Assembly (NCBI GenBank): GCA_964016885.1
Contig: OZ024761.1
Span: 11,222,001 to 11,286,000, forward strand
Reading direction: 5' to 3'
Source: Eledone cirrhosa
Taxonomy: Eukaryota
DNA length: 64,000 bases
Numbering within the stretch: the first letter of the stretch is position 1; the number at the start of each line of letters is the position of its first letter. The notes beneath the pieces were generated by a model, which worked only from the letters and a program-made list of their open reading frames with translations, was not told where the DNA came from and did not search any database. This document shows positions 54,951 through 64,000 of this stretch, in pieces. The position numbers were made by a program, and so were the translations under genes.

Positions 54951-55374
54951 ATATATATATATATATTGAAACAAGGAGGATCGGTTACTCCTTCATTACA
55001 TTTATTGGTAGGTGACACGTGTTTCGCCACTGATCAGCTCAAGGTTCGATCTGTATTGATCTTACCCGACTCTATAATCGGCAGCTCGACGGACCCTTTA
55101 AAATGCTAGTAGAATGCTCACCCGGGTGAACCTATAGTAACTCCAAGTTACACTCCCTAGATATATATATATATATCATTCTCTCTCTCTCTCTATATAT
55201 ATATATATAACTCACTCTCTCTCTCTCTCTCTCTACATCTCACACACATATATACATACAATCACACCTACATATACATACGGCTTCACAGATATACTTG
55301 CTTACAAACACACACACACACATACACACATACACAGACATACTTTTACAGACACACACATATACATACACGAA

Positions 55375-55915
55375 TGTACAAGCTTAGAGAAAGACATACA
55401 CACACACACACATACATACACAAATGCACAAGCTTAGAGAAAGACATACACATACACACACACACATACATACACAAATGCACAAGCTTAGAGAAAGACA
55501 TACACATACACACACACACACATACATACACAAATGCACAAGCTTAGAGAAAGACATACACATACACACACACATACATACACAAATGCACAAGCTTAGA
55601 GAAAGACATACACATACACACACACACACATACATACACAAATGCACAAGCTTAGAGAAAGACATACACATACACACACACATACATACATACACAAATG
55701 CACAAGCTTAGAGAAAGACATACACATACACACACACACACATACATACACAAATGCACAAGCTTAGAGAAAGACATACACATACACACACACACACATA
55801 CATACACAAATGCACAAGCTTAGAGAAAGACATACACATACACACACACACACATACATACACAAATGCACAAGCTTAGAGAAAGACATACACATACACA
55901 CACACACACACACAC
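55375..55915. repeat. ~48-bp CA-rich minisatellite with an AAGCTT core, ~11 copies
   Basis: Unit caaatgcacaagcttagagaaagacatacacatacacaca...catacata. Confidence 0.9.
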
Positions 55916-56169
55916 TTGTTGACTTCACATCTACATCATGTGGGCCCCTTATGTTAAAGAAAAAAAGCTATCTGAATAGGGGTGGGGGTGGCCAAGTTGA
56001 CCTTGGCAGGCTGGAGTAAAATCAGGTGGGCAGATTGGTGTAACGACTCTGGCAGGCTTAACGAGAGGTGTCCCTTCAGACTCTCATGTAACACCCACTT
56101 TTTCCCCCTTATGGGAGATTATATGTCCTGTTATTGGACTATTTACTGTAGTCAAAATACGGTAACAGC

Positions 56170-56224
<55 letters not shown>

Positions 56225-56401
56225 AATACATATATATATATATATATAAATACATATATATATATATATATGCAAAAGTTCTATTTAAATTGTTGGGATA
56301 CAACAAGTAAATATTTTTATAACTGATATAAAGCACTCGACAAGTATTTGGAGTAGATATACGATATTAACAAATGGAAACTATATTTATAAAACCATAT
56401 T

Positions 56402-56466
56402 TATTTCATTATACATATTTCAAGGATACCAAGTTAAATTATGGTATGCCTTCATCAGACAAAATA
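56402..56466 (-). ncRNA. Minimal type I hammerhead ribozyme
   Basis: Minus strand: tattttgt-CTGATGA-aggcatacca taatttaact tggtatcctt-GAAA-tatgta-TA-atgaaata; stem I kept by G-U pairs. Confidence 0.8.
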
Positions 56467-56924
56467 CAATATATACCAGTTTTATAAATAAACATTGACG
56501 TACCCTTTCAAAATGCGACCGTTACTTTTGGAAGACATGAGGATAGTCCCGGAATTGCTGTTAAAATCAGATGTAAAGTTTCTGTGACACCTAAATCAAA
56601 ATACAGTCTGCTTAAAAATATAAGCTTTGGGTATAATGATCGAACAAGGAATATGACGTTATCAACAATATATATATATATAGCAGTACTACAGAAGACC
56701 TGCTTGAGCTGAGGCATATATCTAGTAGGCAACACCTTCCTCTACCATCTCCCCGCCTATACACCTCCCCTATACTTACGTCATCAATTTCCCCAAGCTT
56801 CTTCCCCACCCTCCCAAGTTCCCATCCCATATCATCAAGTGGTCTCTCTGTGCCCAGTGGTCTCTCTGTGCCCAGTGGTCTCTCTGTGCCCAGTGGTCTC
56901 TCTGTGCCCAAGTGGTCTCCAAAG

Positions 56925-57572
56925 TGCCCAGTCCACACTTATATAGTGGCCATGTATGTGTCAAGACAAAAAGCACCCAGTCCACACTGTAGAGTAGTCG
57001 TGTAGGTGTCACGACCAAAAGCACCCCGTCCACACTGTAAAGTGGTCGTGTAGGTGCCACAACAAAAAGCACCCCGTCCACACTGTAAAGTGGTCGTGTA
57101 GGTGCCACAACAAAAAGCACCCAGTCCACACTGTAAATCGGTTGTGTCGGAGTCATGACAAAAAGCACCCAGTCCACACTGTAAAGTGGTCGTGTAGGTG
57201 CCACAACAAAAAGCACCCCGTCCACACTGTAAAGTGGTCGTGTAGGTGTCACGACCAAAAGCACGCCGTCCACACTGTAAAGTGGTCATGTAGGTGCCAC
57301 AACAAAAAGCACCTAGTCCACACTGTAAAGTGGTCGTGTAGGTGCCACAACAAAAAGCACCCAGTCCACACTGTAAAGTGGTTGTGTAGGAGTCATGACA
57401 AAAAGCACCCAGTCCACACTGTAAAGTGGTTGGCATTAGGAAGGGCATCCAACTGTAGAAACCAAGCTAGAATCAATTCTCTATGAGCAAGACACGGTCA
57501 TCTAGCCTCAGCAGAACAACTCATCTAACCTGTGCTGGTGTAGGAAAATGGATGTTAAACAGTGATGATGAT
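56925..57572 (+). mobile_element. RTE/SINE 3' tail with 48-bp array (~10 copies, 56925-57430)
   Basis: Same unit family as 28957, followed by ttaggaagggcatcc...tggatgttaaacagtgatgatg. Confidence 0.8.
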
Positions 57573-57682
57573 CTCTCTCTCTCTATATATATATAACGAA
57601 GGAAGTGTGGTAAGGAACCAGGTGGACCATAACACACCAGAGTACTCAATACTTGGGATAGTAGAGTGGGTAATATGAAAGT

Positions 57683-57777
57683 GTCAGGACCCCGACGGCT
57701 GAGCTCCGGCTGTTTCGATCTGAACAGTTCGGATCTAGCTGTCGAAACGACTGGAGCTCAGCTGTCGGAGTCCTGAC
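57683..57777. repeat. Fold-back hairpin, same family as 54839-54950
   Basis: gtcaggaccccgacggctgagctcc pairs with ggagctcagctgtcggagtcctgac; shares an ~80-nt upstream leader with the 54760 copy. Confidence 0.8.
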
Positions 57778-57785
57778 TCTTTTCT

Positions 57786-60243
<2,458 letters not shown>

Positions 60244-60244
60244 A

Positions 60245-60435
60245 ATTATTTCTACTTTTGGCACAAGGCCAGCAATTATCCCAGTGTATTACTGGTACTT
60301 TATTTTATCGACCCCGTAAGGATGAAAGGCAAAGTTAAGCCTGGCGGGATTTGAACTCAGACCATAAAGGGCCGTAACTCTTTGCTGCAAAGCATGGCGT
60401 CCGACCCTCTACTGATTACTGCCAATCCACTGCCC
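60245..60435 (-). mobile_element. Full-length Meta-domain-like SINE
   Basis: Reverse complement of head, core and tail as at 19917 and 63856. Confidence 0.85.
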
Positions 60436-60800
60436 TAAAATGATGATGATGATATATATATATGTGTGTGTGTGTGTGTATGTGTGTGTGTGTGTGTATG
60501 TGTGTGTGTGTGTGTCCATCTGCTAGTTGAACTCTGTATATGTCAGCTGTTTAGCTCAGTGTATGACTGTATGATATGATTCACTTCCTACCATATACAT
60601 ATATCGCATCGGTGTTGTTAGGATATTGAAGGAAATCCATTGACACCCGCCCCCCGGACGCACAACCCATCCCACACCCACAGACATCAACACACCCCAT
60701 CCACACACCCACCCACACCATCCACACACACCAACCCCTCTATATAACCTCACATACCCCACCACGCAGCCCCCATAGCACAACCATTCATCTCAGATTA

Positions 60801-61304
60801 TCAGATTTTATTGTTGTTGTTGTTGATGTTATAGTTGCTGTTGTTATAGTTGTTGTTGTTGTTGTTGTTACTGTTGTTGTTGCTGTTACTGTTGTTGTTG
60901 TTGTTGTTGTTGTTACCGTTGTTGCTGTTATTGTTGTTGTTGTTGTGTCTTGTTGTTGTTGTCCCTGTTGTTGTTATTGATGTCTCCATTGTTGTTGTTG
61001 TTATTGCTGTGCCTTGTTGTTGTTGTCCTTCCATCTGACACTCCGTAGGAAATCCATATGTCAGATATTGCTGTGTAAACCGATGATTGGCCTCTCCACG
61101 ACTTACCTCCCCCTTCCTCCCCTCCTCCTCGCCATCCAATGAAAATATATCCTCATTAGATAACGAGTTTTGCTGGTTAGCATCCACACTAACAGCAGCA
61201 GCAGCAGAGCTGCTTGCTGCACAATTCAGGTGCTCAGTTGCATTTTTCTCTGCTCTGTTCATCACCTCATGTTCACCTCTCCTTCTCCGTTCACTGTTTA
61301 ACAT
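60801..61304 (-). other. Possible low-complexity terminal coding exon of an unidentified minus-strand gene
   Basis: 167-aa ORF with a non-repetitive N-terminal half and an Asn/Thr-rich tail; no recognisable domain or clear acceptor. Confidence 0.2.
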
Positions 61305-61324
61305 TTACCACATATTGTCCACTG

Positions 61325-63300
61325 TTTAGTGCTAATCACCTCCTGTTCAGCCCCTCCTTCTCTGTTCACTATCTCATGTTCACTACTTAGTGCTAATCAC
61401 CTCCCGTTCACCCTTTCCTTCTCTGTTCACTATCACATGTTCACTACTTAGTGCTAATCACCTCCTGTTCACCCTTTCCTTCTCTGTTCACTATCACATG
61501 TTCACTACTTAGTGCTAATCACCTCCTGTTCACCCTTTCCTTCTCTGTTCACTATCACATGTTCACTACTTAGTGCTAATCACCTCCTGTTCACCCTCCC
61601 CTTCTCTGTTCACTATCTCATATTCACTACTTAGTGCTAATCACCCCCTGTTCACCCCCCCTTCTCTGTTCACTATCTCATGTTCACTACTTAGTGCTAA
61701 TCACCTCCTGTTCAGCCCCTCCTTCTCTGTTCACTATCACATGTTCACTACTTAGTGCTAATCACCTCCTGTTCACCCTCCCCTTCTCTGTTCACTATCA
61801 CATGTTCACCACTTAGTGCTAATCACCTGTTCACCCTTTCCTTCGCTGTTCACTATCCCATGTTCACTACTTAGTGCTAATCACCTCCTGTTCACCCCCT
61901 TCTCTGTTCACTATCTCATATTCACTACTTAGTGCTAATCACCCCCTGTTCAACCTCTCCTTCTTTGTTCACTATCTCATATTCACTACTTAGTGCTAAT
62001 CACCTCCTGTTCACCCCCTCCTTCTCTGTTCACTATCTCATATTCACTACTTAGTGCTAATCACCTCCTGTTCACCCCCTCCTTCTCTGTTCACTATCTC
62101 ATATTCACTACTTAGTGCTAATCACCTCCTGTTCACCCCCTCCTTCTTTGTTCACTATCTCATATTCACTACTTAGTGCTAATCACCTCCTGTTCACCCC
62201 CTCCTTCTCTGTTCACTATCTCATATTCACTACTTAGTGCTAATCACCTCTTGTTCACCCCTCCTTCTCTGTTCACTATCTCACGTTCACTACTTAGTGC
62301 TAATCACCTCCTGTTCACCCCCTCCTTCTCTGTTCACTATCTCATATTCACTACTTAGTGCTAATCACCTCCTGTTCACCCCCTCCTTCTCTGTTCACTA
62401 TCTCATATTCACTACTTAGTGCTAATCACCTCCTGTTCACCCCCTCCTTCTTTGTTCACTATCTCATATTCACTACTTAGTGCTAATCACCTCCTGTTCA
62501 CCCCCTCCTTCTCTGTTCACTATCTCATATTCACTACTTAGTGCTAATCACCTCTTGTTCACCCCTCCTTCTCTGTTCACTATCTCACGTTCACTACTTA
62601 GTGCTAATCACCTCCTGTTCACCCCCTCCTTCTCTGTTCACTATCTCATATTCACTACTTAGTGCTAATCACCTCCTGTTCACCCCCTCCTTCTCTGTTC
62701 ACTATCTCATATTCACTACTTAGTGCTAATCACCTCCTGTTCACCCCCTCCTTCTTTGTTCACTATCTCATATTCACTACTTAGTGCTAATCACCTCCTG
62801 TTCACCCCCTCCTTCTCTGTTCACTATCTCATATTCACTACTTAGTGCTAATCACCTCCTGTTCAACCCCTCCTTCTCTGTTCACTATCTCACGTTCACT
62901 ATTTAGTGCTAATCACCTCCTGTTCACCCCCTCCTTCTCTGTTCACTATCTCATATTCACTACTTAGTGCTAATCACCCCCTGTTCAACCCCTCCTTCTC
63001 TGTTCACTATATCACGTTCACTACTTAGTGCTAATCACCTCCTGTTCAACCTCTCCTTCTCTGTTCACTATCTCATATTCACTACTTAGTGCTAATCACC
63101 TCCTGTTCAACCTCTCCTTCTCTGTTCACTATCTCATGTTCACTACTTAGTGCTAATCACCTCTTGTTCACCCCTCCTTCTCTGTTCACTATCTCATGTT
63201 CACTACTTAGTGCTAATCACCTCCTGTTCAACCTCTCCTTCTCTGTTCACTACTTAATGCTAATCACCTCCTGTTCACCCTCTCCTTCTCTGTTCACCAC
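61325..63300. repeat. 60/61-bp minisatellite, ~32 copies
   Basis: Unit tagtgctaatcacctcctgttcaccccctccttctctgttcactatctcatattcactact. Confidence 0.97.
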
Positions 63301-63659
63301 CCCATGTTCACATCTCTGTCCATTGTTTAACATTCATCACCTCATGTTCACCCTCTGAGACTGGATAACTTCCAGAAATCCCTCGCCTGGCAGTGCTACT
63401 GGGGGGGTCACTGCTAGTTCAAGATAAACTCTACAGGCACAGAAGTGCTGTCAGACGGACCTGCCCAAGATACGTGCAGTGTGATGAAACCATTCTGCAC
63501 GCACTTGTCCAGTGTCTGTGCATTACTGACTTGTGGAGTTATTTCATGTGGGACAGATCTGGATATTGAGCAAGTCCATAGTGAAGATCGCCTCTCCACC
63601 TTCTTTTGGCCAGGAATGGCAGCCAGTTTTCCTCTGTCTGGTAGCCATAGTGAAAAAGA

Positions 63660-63966
63660 TACCATGCTTTGCAGCGTATAGTTACGGCCCTTTACGTACT
63701 GAGTTCCAATCCCACCAAGGTTAGCTTTGCTTTTCATCCTTAAGGGGTCGATAAAATAAAGTACCAGTAATGTACTGGGGTCGATTTAATCGACTTTCCC
63801 CTTCCCTCAAAATTATTGGTGTGCCTAAATCAGAAACCATTATTATCATTCTTTGGGCGGTGAATTGGCAGTATCGGTAGAGGGTCGGACGCCATGCTTT
63901 CCAGCATAGTTACGTCCCTTTATGATCTGAGTTCAAATCCCGCCGAGGTTAACATTGCCTTTCATC
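63660..63966 (+). mobile_element. Two tandem Meta-domain-like SINE copies
   Basis: 63660-63840 body and tail; 63856-63966 head ggcggtgaattggcagtatcggtagagggtcggacgcc...gagttcaaatcc. Confidence 0.8.
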
Positions 63967-64000
63967 ATTCTTTGAGTCGCATTCATTGATGTTATTTAAC

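Overview
AT-rich, microsatellite-dense animal genomic DNA. The SINE and RTE repeat families point to a cephalopod, probably an octopus (inference). Host genes: (1) a complete POLR2L/RPB10 gene on the minus strand, with coding exons 12679-12773 and 6392-6500 (67 aa), a probable 5'UTR exon near 16.0 kb, an ETS/NRF1-type promoter and introns swollen by minisatellites; (2) a divergent plus-strand first coding exon, MGCLCPK...PKYSW (23280-23353), resembling RP2/XRP2, with no downstream exon recognised. The rest is tRNA-derived SINEs (Meta-domain-like and CORE-like), RTE and Tx1/L1-like LINE fragments, piggyBac/mariner-like MITEs, a Helitron 3' end, about 20 minisatellite arrays and a ~4-5 kb tandem duplication. 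Nearly all long ORFs in the track are repeat artefacts. The most interesting signal is a dispersed family of non-coding, (TA)n-associated elements carrying minimal type I hammerhead ribozymes. Five have intact cores, a shared stem I, unrelated but pairing stem II sequences and palindromic or near-palindromic loop III; three more are degenerate. One pair sits in a ~330-bp inverted repeat, and related fold-back hairpins lie nearby. This resembles Penelope pLTR/retrozyme architecture. A second theme is repeated, independent birth of minisatellites from one position in the RTE/SINE 3' tail.
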